This document shows, in pieces, positions 48,328 through 57,627 of a stretch of DNA of 64,000 bases. Under the pieces are notes generated by a model. The model was not told the origin of the DNA. It ran no database searches and was given only the letters and a program-made list of their open reading frames with translations. Position 1 is the stretch's first letter. Each line of letters begins with the position of its first letter. A program made the position numbers and the translations under genes. Source of the stretch: Gammaproteobacteria bacterium (GTDB lineage Bacteria > Pseudomonadota > Gammaproteobacteria > Arenicellales > Poriferihabitantaceae); contig JAUILZ010000001.1 in the NCBI GenBank assembly GCA_030432755.1, positions 203,388-267,387 on the forward strand, in the 5' to 3' direction.

Positions 48328-49236
48328 ATGATCAAGGAACCTGAAAGAGATCTCGTCGGCTACGCCGGTAAACCGCCCCACGCGGACTGGCCGGGTGGCG
48401 CGCGCGTGGCCGTGAACTTCTGCGTCAATTACGAGGAAGGTGGCGAGCGCTGCATCCTCAACGGTGACGATCGTTCGGAAGACAGGGTATCCGACCTCGT
48501 GGTCGAGAGCCGGGTGGGCGCGCGTGATCTCAACATGGAGTCCAACTACGAGTACGGCGCCCGGGTCGGCTACTGGCGTCTGTTGGAGGCGTTCGCCGAT
48601 CGCGGTCTGCAGGCCACCGTCAATCTGGTGGGGCTCGCCGGTGAACGCAACGAACTCGCGCTGCGCGCCATGGTCGAGGCGGGTTTCGACCTCCAGCCCC
48701 ACGGCTGGCGCTGGATCGACTACCACACCCTGACAGCGGAAGAGGAATCCGAACATATTGCGCGCAGCATCCGCCAGGTGGAGGAACTGACCGGGGACAA
48801 GCCCCTCGGTTACTACGCCGGCCTGCCATCGATCAATACCCGCCGGCTGGTGGTGGAGGCGGGCTGCTTCCTCTACGACTCCGACGCCTACAACGACGAC
48901 CTGCCGTACTGGACCACCGACTTCGGCAGGCCGCATCTCGTGTTGCCCTATTCCCTCGACACCAACGACTCGCGTTTCGGCCGCAAGGAAGGCTTCCAGG
49001 TGGGCGACGAGTTCTTCACCTACATTCGAGACACATTCGACTGCCTCTACCGGGAGGGAGAACGCAGCCCGAAGATGATGACCATCGGCCTGCATGCGCG
49101 CCTCCTCGGCCGGCCCGGGCGCATCGGTGCATTGCGCCGTATCCTCGATTACATGCTGAGCCACGAGCGGGTCTGGATATGCCGCCGGGGAGACATCGCC
49201 CGCCACTGGGCTGAACGCCATCCCTGGCAGGGCTGA
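48328..49236 (+). CDS. Polysaccharide deacetylase family protein, PuuE/allantoinase-like
   Basis: 302 aa; 'RDLVGYAGKPPHADWPGGARVAVNFCVNYEEGGE', 'ESNYEYGARVGYWRLLEAFADRGLQATVNLVG'. Confidence 0.85.
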   Translation: MIKEPERDLVGYAGKPPHADWPGGARVAVNFCVNYEEGGERCILNGDDRSEDRVSDLVVESRVGARDLNMESNYEYGARVGYWRLLEAFADRGLQATVNLVGLAGERNELALRAMVEAGFDLQPHGWRWIDYHTLTAEEESEHIARSIRQVEELTGDKPLGYYAGLPSINTRRLVVEAGCFLYDSDAYNDDLPYWTTDFGRPHLVLPYSLDTNDSRFGRKEGFQVGDEFFTYIRDTFDCLYREGERSPKMMTIGLHARLLGRPGRIGALRRILDYMLSHERVWICRRGDIARHWAERHPWQG

Positions 49237-49252
49237 GGCCCTTTCGTTTCCC

Positions 49253-50128
49253 GTGTCGATCCGCCGCCTGCAGACCCTGGTCGCATTCGCCGATACCGGC
49301 TCCTTCGCGGGCGCCGCGGAGCGGGTGCACCTGACCGCGGCCGCGGTGGGCCAGCAGATGAAGGCGCTGGAGGAGGAGATCGGCCAGCCGCTGTTCGACC
49401 GCGACTCCCGCGCGCCGACACTCAACGCCCGCGGCCAGGCGATGGTGCCGCGGGCGCGCAAGCTGTTGCGCGACTACCAGGCGCTGATCGCCGGTCTCGA
49501 GGTAGAGGAGGTGCCTGAACTGACCATCGGCGCGGTGAGCACGGCAATGACCGGCCTTATCCCCGAGACACTGCTCGCGCTACGCCAGAGCGAACCACGG
49601 TTGCATCTGCGCATCGTGCCGGGCCTGTCAGCTGACCTGCTGGGTCAGGTGGACCGCGGTTCGCTGGACGCCGCCGTCATCAGCCAGCCGCGTCGCGAAG
49701 CGCCGCACCTCGCCTGGCAGACCGTGGCGGTGGAACCGCTGGTGCTGGTCACGCCCGCCGGGTTGGAAGACAGCGATCCGGTGCGCATTCTCAAGGAATT
49801 CCCTTTTATCCGTTTCTCCCGCAACGCCTGGGTCGGCGAGCAGATCGATAACTGGCTGCTGGGGCAGGGCATCACGGTGCGCGAGAGCATGGAGCTGGCA
49901 AGCCTCGAGGCGATCCATACCATGGTGTCGGCGGATCTCGGGGTCTCCATCGTGCCGGAACACTGCATTCCCCCGCGCCGGCCGATGCCCGTGCGACGCA
50001 TTCCCCTGGACGACGAGCTGGTTCGGGTGCTCGGCCTGGTCTGGCGCCGGGACAGCATGGCGTACGGGGCGATAGCGCTGTTGGCGGAGTTGTTCACGTC
50101 CCTGGCATCAACAGAAAACAAAAGATAA
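49253..50128 (+). CDS. LysR family transcriptional regulator
   Basis: 291 aa; 'SIRRLQTLVAFADTGSFAGAAERVHLTAAAVGQQMKALEEEIGQPLFDRDSRAPTLNARG'. Confidence 0.92.
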   Translation: MSIRRLQTLVAFADTGSFAGAAERVHLTAAAVGQQMKALEEEIGQPLFDRDSRAPTLNARGQAMVPRARKLLRDYQALIAGLEVEEVPELTIGAVSTAMTGLIPETLLALRQSEPRLHLRIVPGLSADLLGQVDRGSLDAAVISQPRREAPHLAWQTVAVEPLVLVTPAGLEDSDPVRILKEFPFIRFSRNAWVGEQIDNWLLGQGITVRESMELASLEAIHTMVSADLGVSIVPEHCIPPRRPMPVRRIPLDDELVRVLGLVWRRDSMAYGAIALLAELFTSLASTENKR

Positions 50129-50189
50129 TTTTAACTCGAATAAAAAATATATTTAAATAACAAAAACTATCTTTAGTTAAAATCGATCC

Positions 50190-50936
50190 ATGAGCGACGG
50201 GATCGACAATGCTGCAGCAACCGACACGCTGGACGTCCGCGTCTGGCGCGGCGACGAACGGGGCGGCGACTGGCATGCCTACCGGGTGCCGGCGGCGGCA
50301 AACCAGACCGTGCTCGACGTGGTGACCTGGATCCAGCGACACCGCGAGCCCAACCTGGCGTATCGTTTCGCCTGCCGCGTCGGGGTCTGCGGCTCCTGCG
50401 CGATGTCCGTCAACGGCGAACCGCGCTGGACCTGCCGCACCCACGTCCAGGACGCAGCGCGGGATGGCGTGCTGCGCATCGGGCCGTTGCGCAACCTGCC
50501 GCTGGTTCGCGATCTCGCCTGCGACATGGCGCCGTTCTTCGACCGCTGGCAGGAGGCCGGGGGACGTTTCGTTCCCTCGTCCGACCGCCATGCGGATATC
50601 GCCGCGATCTCGCCCGAGTCGCCGGCGCGCCGGATTGCGGACGCCGCGATCCAGTGCATCAACTGCGCGGTCTGCTACGCCGCCTGTGACGTGGTGCAGT
50701 GGAAGCCGGACTATCTCGGCCCCGCGGCGTTGAACCGCGCCTGGTCGCTGGTGAACGACGAGCGCGACGCCGGGAACAAGGATCGGTTGCGCGCGGTAGC
50801 GGGTGATGCCGGCTGTCACAACTGCCATTCGCAGCATAACTGCACCCGCTACTGCCCGAACCAGCTCGACCCCGGCGCCTCCATCGCCGGGCTGAAGCGC
50901 ACGACGATGAAGGCCGCGCTCAAGGGACAACTGTGA
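50190..50936 (+). CDS. Succinate dehydrogenase/fumarate reductase iron-sulfur subunit
   Basis: 248 aa; 'CRVGVCGSCAMSVNGEPRWTCRTHV' [2Fe-2S], 'CINCAVCYAAC' and 'CHNCHSQHNCTRYCPNQLDP' clusters. Confidence 0.9.
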   Translation: MSDGIDNAAATDTLDVRVWRGDERGGDWHAYRVPAAANQTVLDVVTWIQRHREPNLAYRFACRVGVCGSCAMSVNGEPRWTCRTHVQDAARDGVLRIGPLRNLPLVRDLACDMAPFFDRWQEAGGRFVPSSDRHADIAAISPESPARRIADAAIQCINCAVCYAACDVVQWKPDYLGPAALNRAWSLVNDERDAGNKDRLRAVAGDAGCHNCHSQHNCTRYCPNQLDPGASIAGLKRTTMKAALKGQL

Positions 50937-50943
50937 GCGAGAT

Positions 50944-51279
50944 TTGTTGATGCCGATCCGTCTTTACATGCTGCAACGCCTGAGCGCCCTGGTGATGGCG
51001 CCGCTGGTGCTGGTGCACCTGGCGGTGATAATCATCGCGGTCAGGAGCGGGCTCGACGCCGAGACCCTGCTCGGCCGCACCCGCGGCAGCCTGGTCTGGG
51101 GCCTCGTCTACGGCACCTTCGTGGTGGCGGTGTCGATCCATGCCGCCATCGGCCTGCGCACCGTGCTGGACGAATGGGCGCATATCCGCGGCAAGGCGCT
51201 GGACGCGGCCATGTGGGCGATCGGGCTCGGTCTGCTCGGCCTCGGCTCGCGCGCGGTGTACGCGGTGACCGTGGGGTGA
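50944..51279 (+). CDS. Succinate dehydrogenase/fumarate reductase membrane anchor (SdhC-like)
   Basis: 111 aa, three hydrophobic segments, 'RLSALVMAPLVLVHLAVII', conserved His positions. Confidence 0.75.
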   Translation: MLMPIRLYMLQRLSALVMAPLVLVHLAVIIIAVRSGLDAETLLGRTRGSLVWGLVYGTFVVAVSIHAAIGLRTVLDEWAHIRGKALDAAMWAIGLGLLGLGSRAVYAVTVG

Positions 51280-51286
51280 TGGCCCG

Positions 51287-51637
51287 ATGATCCCTCCCCA
51301 TCGCCGCCACGGCCTCTGGCTGGCCTTCTTCCTCCACCGGCTCTCCGGAATCGCCCTTGCCCTGTTCCTGCCGGCCCATTTCCTCGTGCTCGCACTGGCG
51401 CTGACGGACCCGGCGGCGCTGGACGGTTTCCTCCACTGGGCCCACCAGCCCGTGGTGCGCGCCGCGGAGATGGGGCTCGTGTTCCTGTTGTCGGTGCACC
51501 TGTTCGGCGGCCTCAGGCTCATGGCGCTGGAATGGCTGCCCTGGAGCCCGCGGCAGAAAACCCTGGCGGCGCTTGCCACCGCCGGGTCGATGTTCGTCGC
51601 GCTCTGGTTCCTGCTCGCAAGCGCCCAGGCCGCCTGA
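51287..51637 (+). CDS. Succinate dehydrogenase/fumarate reductase membrane anchor (SdhD/FrdC-like)
   Basis: 116 aa; 'LWLAFFLHRLSGIALALFLPAHFLVLALAL', 'AEMGLVFLLSVHLFGGLRLMALEW'. Confidence 0.8.
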   Translation: MIPPHRRHGLWLAFFLHRLSGIALALFLPAHFLVLALALTDPAALDGFLHWAHQPVVRAAEMGLVFLLSVHLFGGLRLMALEWLPWSPRQKTLAALATAGSMFVALWFLLASAQAA

Positions 51638-51640
51638 ACC

Positions 51641-53389
51641 ATGCGCTCGCCTGACACCCTCGATACCGACATCCTGGTAATCGGCGCCGGCGGTGCCGGG
51701 CTGTTCGCCGCCCTGCACGCGCTGCAGGCCAATCCGGACCTGAAGGTCAGCATCGCGGTGAAGGGCCTGCTCGGCAAGTGCGGCTGCACGCGCATGGTCC
51801 AGGGGGGTTACAACGTTGCCCTCAGCCCCGGGGACTCCGTGGAACGCCATTTCATGGACACCATCATCGGCGGCAAGTGGCTTCCACACCAGGACATGGC
51901 CTGGCGGCTGGTGGAAACCGCGGTGACGCGGGTGCGGGAGCTGGAGAACGAACTCGGCTGTTTCTTCGACCGCAATGCCGACGGCAGCCTGCACCACAAG
52001 GCCTTCGCCGGCCAGACCTTCGACCGCACGGTGCACAAGGGCGACCTCACCGGTATCGAGATCATCAACCGCCTGATGGAGCAGGTGCGCGGCCTGCCGG
52101 TCAACCGCCTGGAGGAACACCGCGTGCTTGGTCTGCTGCCGGCGCGGGATGGCGGTGGCATTGCGGGGGCGCTGATGACAGACATGCGTAGCGGCGAATT
52201 CCGCGTGGTGCGCGCACGCGCGATCCTGATGGGCACCGGCGGCGGACCCACCATGTACCGATACCACACCCCGTCCGGTGACAAGTCCATGGACGGTCTC
52301 GCCATGGCGCTCCGCCTCGGTCTGCCGCTGCGGGACATGGAGATGGTGCAGTTTCATCCGACGGGCCTGCTGGCCGGGCCCGACACGCGCATGACCGGTA
52401 CCGTGCTGGAAGAGGGGCTACGTGGCGCCGGCGGCCACCTGCTGAACGGCGCGGGCGAACGTTTCATGGCGAACTACGACGCCGCCGGCGAGCGCGCCAC
52501 CCGCGACATCGTCAGTCGCGCGATATATGCCGAGATGCGCGAAGGTCGCACCACGCCCCTCGGCGGGGTGTACATCGCCATGGCCCATCTCGGCCCCGAG
52601 GTGGTGGCGAAGAAGTTTCCCGGCATGGTGCGGCGCTGCGCCGACTGCGGCTTCGACCTTGCCGCCGGCCGCGTGGAAGTGGTGCCCACCGCGCATTACC
52701 TGATGGGCGGCGTGATCTGCGACCGTGACACCCGTACCGACCTGCACGGTCTGTATGTCGCGGGCGAGGATGCCGGCGGTATGCACGGCGCCAATCGCCT
52801 CGGCGGCAATGGCGTGGCCAATTCCACCGTGTTCGGTGGCATCGCCGGGGAAACCATGGCCGCAGACATCGCCGGCCGGCGCGGCGCGCTCGCGGACCCC
52901 GATCCGGCGGCGCTGGAAGGTGAACTGGATCGCGCCATGGCGCCCCTCGGCCGCCAGGGTGGAGATGTGCATGCCATCCGCGACGGCCTGATGGACGCGA
53001 TGTGGGACCATGTCGGCATTCTTCGCTCCCGGGAGGGGCTCGAGCAGGGCATCGCACGACTCGGGGAACTCCGCACGGCCCTCGACGCCAGCGGCATCGG
53101 CGGCCAGGACCTGCGCTTCAACCTCTCCTGGCATGACTGGCTCAACCTCGACAACCTCGTCACCATCTCCGAGGTGATCTGCCGCGCGGCGCTCTCGCGC
53201 GAGGATTCCCGCGGCGCCCATTTCCGCGAGGACTTCCCCGAGACCGGGGAACTGGAAACCTCCGCCTTCACCGTGGTACAACGAAAAAATGATGCGCTAC
53301 ATGTCACCCAGTCGCCGGTGGAATTCTCCATCGTCCGTCCCGGGGAATCCCTGTTGCCGGCGGAAGCCGCCGCAAGCGTAGCCCGATGA
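51641..53389 (+). CDS. Fumarate reductase/succinate dehydrogenase/L-aspartate oxidase-type flavoprotein subunit
   Basis: 582 aa; 'DILVIGAGGAGLFAALHAL', 'MVQFHPTGL', 'EGLRGAGGHLLNGAGERFM', 'GLYVAGEDAGGMHGANRLGGNGVANSTVFG'. Confidence 0.9.
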   Translation: MRSPDTLDTDILVIGAGGAGLFAALHALQANPDLKVSIAVKGLLGKCGCTRMVQGGYNVALSPGDSVERHFMDTIIGGKWLPHQDMAWRLVETAVTRVRELENELGCFFDRNADGSLHHKAFAGQTFDRTVHKGDLTGIEIINRLMEQVRGLPVNRLEEHRVLGLLPARDGGGIAGALMTDMRSGEFRVVRARAILMGTGGGPTMYRYHTPSGDKSMDGLAMALRLGLPLRDMEMVQFHPTGLLAGPDTRMTGTVLEEGLRGAGGHLLNGAGERFMANYDAAGERATRDIVSRAIYAEMREGRTTPLGGVYIAMAHLGPEVVAKKFPGMVRRCADCGFDLAAGRVEVVPTAHYLMGGVICDRDTRTDLHGLYVAGEDAGGMHGANRLGGNGVANSTVFGGIAGETMAADIAGRRGALADPDPAALEGELDRAMAPLGRQGGDVHAIRDGLMDAMWDHVGILRSREGLEQGIARLGELRTALDASGIGGQDLRFNLSWHDWLNLDNLVTISEVICRAALSREDSRGAHFREDFPETGELETSAFTVVQRKNDALHVTQSPVEFSIVRPGESLLPAEAAASVAR

Positions 53390-54351
53390 TCGAACTCAAC
53401 CAGATCGAGGAAGCCGCCTGCCGGATCATGGCCAATGCCGCCATAGACATCCCGGACGACTACCGCCAGGGCATAGAGACCATGGTCAACAGCGAGTCCG
53501 GCGACCTGTCCTGCTTCGTCCTGAAGACGATGCTCGAGAACTGGGATGCCGCCACCGCGGACCGCCGGCCCATGTGCGCGGATTCCGGCCTGCCCAGGTT
53601 CTACGTCAAGGTCGGAGACAACGCGCGATTCAGCGGCGGGTTCACCGGCCTCGAGCGCGCCCTGCGCAGCGCCACCGCCCGCGCCACCCACGACATCCCC
53701 CTGAGGCCCAACCGGGTGCATCCGCTCTGGCGCACCGACCACAACAACAACGTCGGCATCAACGCGCCCGAGATCGAGTGGAGCTTCGAGCCCGACGTCG
53801 ACTGGATCGACATCACCACGGTACACAAGGGCGGCCTGTTCGGCACCGACTACCGCATGCTGTTCCCCGGCGACGGCGTCGACGGCATCAAGCGCTTCTT
53901 CCTCGACACGCTGGTCGCCTTCGGCAAACGCGGCCTCGCCTGCCAACCGGCCATCGTCGGCATCGGCCTCGGCGGCTCCAAGGACACCTGCATGGTGCTC
54001 GGCAAGCAGGCCGCCTGCCTGCGCACCGTAGGCGATCGCAACCCGGACCCGAAGATCGCCGCCCTGGAGCTCGAGTTACAGGAGATCGGTAACAGTATCG
54101 GCATGGGCGCGATGGGCTTCGTCGGCAAGTCCATGGTCGCGGACTGCCATATCGAGGTGGGTTACACCCACACCGGGGGCATGCCCATGAGCGTGCATAC
54201 GTTCTGCCTGTCGTCCCGCCGCGCCACGGTGCGCATCGCCGCGGACGGCAGCGCCGCCTACCGCACCGACCCGCAATGGTTCACCCCATACATGCGAAGA
54301 GAGACCGTTTCATGGCAGAGCCCGTCACAGGATTCAAGACAGTCCGGCTGA
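53386..54351 (+). CDS. Class I fumarase / L(+)-tartrate dehydratase alpha subunit
   Basis: 'DYRQGIETMVNSESGDLSCFVLKTMLENWDAA', 'PMCADSGLPRFYVKVG', 'GIGLGGSKDTCMVLGKQA'. Confidence 0.88.
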   Translation: MIELNQIEEAACRIMANAAIDIPDDYRQGIETMVNSESGDLSCFVLKTMLENWDAATADRRPMCADSGLPRFYVKVGDNARFSGGFTGLERALRSATARATHDIPLRPNRVHPLWRTDHNNNVGINAPEIEWSFEPDVDWIDITTVHKGGLFGTDYRMLFPGDGVDGIKRFFLDTLVAFGKRGLACQPAIVGIGLGGSKDTCMVLGKQAACLRTVGDRNPDPKIAALELELQEIGNSIGMGAMGFVGKSMVADCHIEVGYTHTGGMPMSVHTFCLSSRRATVRIAADGSAAYRTDPQWFTPYMRRETVSWQSPSQDSRQSG

Positions 54352-54992
54352 CGGTGCCGGTGACGGATGAGGACCTCGCGGGCCTTGCCATCGGCACCAT
54401 CGTCTACCTCGACGGGGTGATCTACACCGGCCGCGAGGGCGTCTACCAGCGTGTGCTGGGGGACGGCCACCCGTTGCCGCTGGACCTGCCCGCGGTGAGC
54501 AACGTCAACTTCCACTGCTCCCCGGCCGCCTCCGTGGACGACGACGGCAGCTACCGCGTCGGCGGCGTTACCGCCACCGCGAGCTTCCGCTTTGCCAAGT
54601 GGATGACCGAATGGTTCCGGCTGTCCGGGGCGAAGATCATCATCGGCAAGGGCGGCATGTCGGAGGCCCACTACCGGGAACTGTTCCTCCCGGCCGGGGC
54701 GATCTACCTCACCACCGTGGGCTACGGCACCGGCGCGCTGCTCGGGCGCGGCATCCGCGGGGTGCGCGCGGTGCACTGGCTGGAGGAACTCGGCAATGCC
54801 CAGGCGATGTGGGTGTTCGAGGTGGAAAATTTCGGCCCGTTCATCGTCGACAGCGACCTCGAGGGCAACAGCCTGTTCGAGCAGCAGGCGCGCCTCGTCA
54901 ACGCCAACCTGGAAAACCTGTATTCGGGGTTGCGTCCCCCCGCCCTCAGCCGCTACGGCGAAACCGACGATCGCAAGGACGAACTGATATAA
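54312..54992 (+). CDS. Class I fumarase / L(+)-tartrate dehydratase beta subunit
   Basis: MAEPVTGFKTVRLTVPVTDEDLAGLAIGTIVYLDGVIYTGREGVYQRV, 'IIIGKGGMSEAHYREL', 'EAMWVFEVENFGPFIV'-like region. Start trimmed. Confidence 0.88.
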   Translation: MAEPVTGFKTVRLTVPVTDEDLAGLAIGTIVYLDGVIYTGREGVYQRVLGDGHPLPLDLPAVSNVNFHCSPAASVDDDGSYRVGGVTATASFRFAKWMTEWFRLSGAKIIIGKGGMSEAHYRELFLPAGAIYLTTVGYGTGALLGRGIRGVRAVHWLEELGNAQAMWVFEVENFGPFIVDSDLEGNSLFEQQARLVNANLENLYSGLRPPALSRYGETDDRKDELI

Positions 54993-55058
54993 ACAACCCT
55001 CTATACGTAGTATTTCCAGCGCGATACGGCCCGGGGGCCAGGCGGGTATAATCGCGCG

Positions 55059-55670
55059 ATGCAAAAATCCAGCAATACCTTCTGGCACCAGGCCACCATC
55101 GATCGCGAGGACAGGGAGAAGCAGAACGGGCATTCCAGCACCATCCTCTGGTTCACGGGGTTATCCGGTAGCGGCAAGTCCACCTTGGCGCACGCGGTGG
55201 AAGAGGAGCTCCACCGCCGTGGCTGCCGCACCACCGTGCTTGACGGCGACAACGTACGCCACGGGCTCTGCGGCGATCTCGGCTTCAGCGAGGCCGACCG
55301 CACCGAGAACATCCGCCGCATCGGCCAGGTGGCGCGACTGTTCGTGGATGCCGGGATCATCGTCCTCACGGCATTCATCTCGCCGTTCCGGGTGGATCGC
55401 CAGCGGGTGCGACGGATGGTGGAACATGCCGACGACTTCATCGAGGTCTACTGCGACTGCCCGTTGGAGATCTGCGAGCAACGCGACGTAAAGGGCCTCT
55501 ACCAGCGCGCGCGCAAGGGCGAGATCAAGGATTTCACCGGTATATCCTCCCCCTACGAAACCCCGGAGCACGCCGATCTCATCGTCTCCACCGGCGAGCG
55601 CAACGTGTCCGACTGCGTGGCCGAGGTGGTCGCCCACCTGGAAGAGCGCGGCCTGATCCAGAAGGCCTGA
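55059..55670 (+). CDS. cysC: Adenylylsulfate kinase
   Basis: 203 aa; 'ILWFTGLSGSGKSTLAHAVEEELHRRGCRTTVLDGDNVRHGL', 'YCDCPLEICEQRDVKGLYQRARKGEIKDFTGI'. Confidence 0.93.
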   Translation: MQKSSNTFWHQATIDREDREKQNGHSSTILWFTGLSGSGKSTLAHAVEEELHRRGCRTTVLDGDNVRHGLCGDLGFSEADRTENIRRIGQVARLFVDAGIIVLTAFISPFRVDRQRVRRMVEHADDFIEVYCDCPLEICEQRDVKGLYQRARKGEIKDFTGISSPYETPEHADLIVSTGERNVSDCVAEVVAHLEERGLIQKA

Positions 55671-55686
55671 GGGAACTGAAAACACC

Positions 55687-57561
55687 ATGCTCGACACCCT
55701 GCTCACCCTGAGCCGTCCGAAAAAGCGCATCCTGATGATGTGCGCGGACGTGGTGCTGGTGATGCTCGCCCTCACGGTGGCCCATTCGCTGCGCGCGAAC
55801 CGGTTCTACCTGCCGTTCGGTGACGAGATCTGGCTCTGGCTGGTGGCGCCGTTCATCGCCCTGCCGGTGTTCCTGCTGTTCGGCCTCTACCAGACCGTGA
55901 TCCGCTACATCGGCTTCAGCTCGCTGTGGCGCGTCTTCCAGGCCATCAGCCTCTACGCCCTGCTTTGGGGCGTGGTGACCTTCATGTCCGGGTGGAACCT
56001 GACGCCACGCTCTGTGGTGGTCATCAACTGGCTGGTCTGCCTGCTGCTGGTTGCCGGCGCGCGCATGGTGGCGCGCTGGATCCTGACCTACCACGCCCCG
56101 GGTTTCCTCGGCGCGGAACGGGACATCCGCCGCAACGTGGTGATTTACGGCGCCGGGGCCGCGGGGATGCAGCTCGCTATCGCGACCTCGTTCAGCAACG
56201 ACATGCGCCCGGTGGGCTTCGTCGATGACGACCCGCTACTGGTGAACCAGCAGGTCAACGGCCTCAGGGTCTATCACCCCGACCAGCTCGAACGCCTGAT
56301 CCGCGAGTACGGCGTGCGCGAGGTACTCCTCGCGATCCCCTCCGCGAGCCAGGGGCGGCGCCACGAGATCCTCTCCGCCCTGGAGCATTTTCCGGTGCAG
56401 GTCCAGACCCTGCCGGATATCTCCGAGCTGGAGACCTGCGAGGTCGATCTCGAGGACGTGCGCGACATCGATATCGGCGACCTGCTCGACCGCGACCCGG
56501 TGGCACCGGTGGAGGGCCTGCTGCATGCCAACATCGCCGGCAAGGTGGTCATGGTCACGGGCGCAGGCGGCTCCATCGGCTCCGAGCTGTGCCGCCAGAT
56601 CAGCCATCTCGGTGTGCGCAAGCTGGTGTTGTTCGATAACAGCGAGTTCAACCTCTACCGCCTCGAACGCGAGCTGGACGAATCGGGCCGGCCCTATGTC
56701 TCCGTGCTGGGCTCCGTGATGGACCAGGGCGCCGTGGAGCATGTCTGCCGCGCCAATGGCGTGCAGACCATCTACCACGCCGCGGCCTATAAACACGTGC
56801 CGCTGGTGGAGAACAACGCCGCCATGGGCGCCGCCAACAACATCTTCGGCACCCGCGCCTGCGCCCTCGCGGCGATGAATACCGGTGTCGGGACCTTCGT
56901 CCTCATCTCCACCGACAAGGCGGTGCGCCCCACCAACGTGATGGGCGCGAGCAAGCGCCTGGCGGAACTGGTACTACAGGACCTCAGCCGGCGGAAGGAC
57001 TGCGCCACGCGCTTTACCATGGTGCGTTTCGGCAACGTGCTCGACTCCTCGGGCTCGGTGGTGCCGCTGTTCCGCGAGCAGATCCGCAAGGGCGGCCCGG
57101 TAACGGTGACCCATCCGGAGATCATCCGTTACTTCATGACCATCCGCGAAGCTACCCAGCTCGTGTTGCAGGCGGGAGCGATGGGGCAGGGCGGCGACGT
57201 GTTCGTGCTCGACATGGGCGAACCGGTGAAGATCCTCGGCCTTGCGCGCAAGATGATTCACCTGAGCGGGTTCAGCGTGCGTGACGCCAATAACCCGGGC
57301 GGCGACATCGAGATACGCTTCACCGGGTTGCGCGCCGGCGAGAAGCTCTACGAGGAACTTTTGGTGACGGATTCCGCGGTTGCCACCCGCCACGAACTGA
57401 TCATGCGCGAGAACGAGGCGGGCAGCACGCTCGGCGGTCTCGCCGCCTGCCTGGAGAAGCTCGAGCGCGCGATCCGCGTCTCCGACAACGCCCAGGTGCG
57501 AGTCCTTTTATTTGATATGGTGGAGTCCTATAATCCGGCCGCAACCGAAATGGCGAGCTGA
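55687..57561 (+). CDS. Nucleoside-diphosphate sugar 4,6-dehydratase/epimerase (PglF/WbpM/CapD family)
   Basis: 624 aa; N-terminal membrane region, 'VVIYGAGAAGMQLAI', 'VMVTGAGGSIGSELCRQI', 'FVLISTDKAVRPTNVMGASKRLAEL'. Confidence 0.9.
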   Translation: MLDTLLTLSRPKKRILMMCADVVLVMLALTVAHSLRANRFYLPFGDEIWLWLVAPFIALPVFLLFGLYQTVIRYIGFSSLWRVFQAISLYALLWGVVTFMSGWNLTPRSVVVINWLVCLLLVAGARMVARWILTYHAPGFLGAERDIRRNVVIYGAGAAGMQLAIATSFSNDMRPVGFVDDDPLLVNQQVNGLRVYHPDQLERLIREYGVREVLLAIPSASQGRRHEILSALEHFPVQVQTLPDISELETCEVDLEDVRDIDIGDLLDRDPVAPVEGLLHANIAGKVVMVTGAGGSIGSELCRQISHLGVRKLVLFDNSEFNLYRLERELDESGRPYVSVLGSVMDQGAVEHVCRANGVQTIYHAAAYKHVPLVENNAAMGAANNIFGTRACALAAMNTGVGTFVLISTDKAVRPTNVMGASKRLAELVLQDLSRRKDCATRFTMVRFGNVLDSSGSVVPLFREQIRKGGPVTVTHPEIIRYFMTIREATQLVLQAGAMGQGGDVFVLDMGEPVKILGLARKMIHLSGFSVRDANNPGGDIEIRFTGLRAGEKLYEELLVTDSAVATRHELIMRENEAGSTLGGLAACLEKLERAIRVSDNAQVRVLLFDMVESYNPAATEMAS

Positions 57562-57627
57562 CGCAGCGACGCAGGAGCCTGTCCCGGGCGTCGGCGGCCT
57601 CGCCCCATCTCCCAGGTCCCATCCCCC

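Noticed and set aside
51041-52357. 438-aa minus-strand ORF over the SDH-like genes
   Set aside because: Antisense to strongly supported SdhC/D/A-like coding sequences.
54993-55058. TATAAT box (GGGTATAATCG) before cysC as a sigma-70 promoter
   Set aside because: A good -10-like hexamer but no convincing -35 at proper spacing; not reported as a feature.
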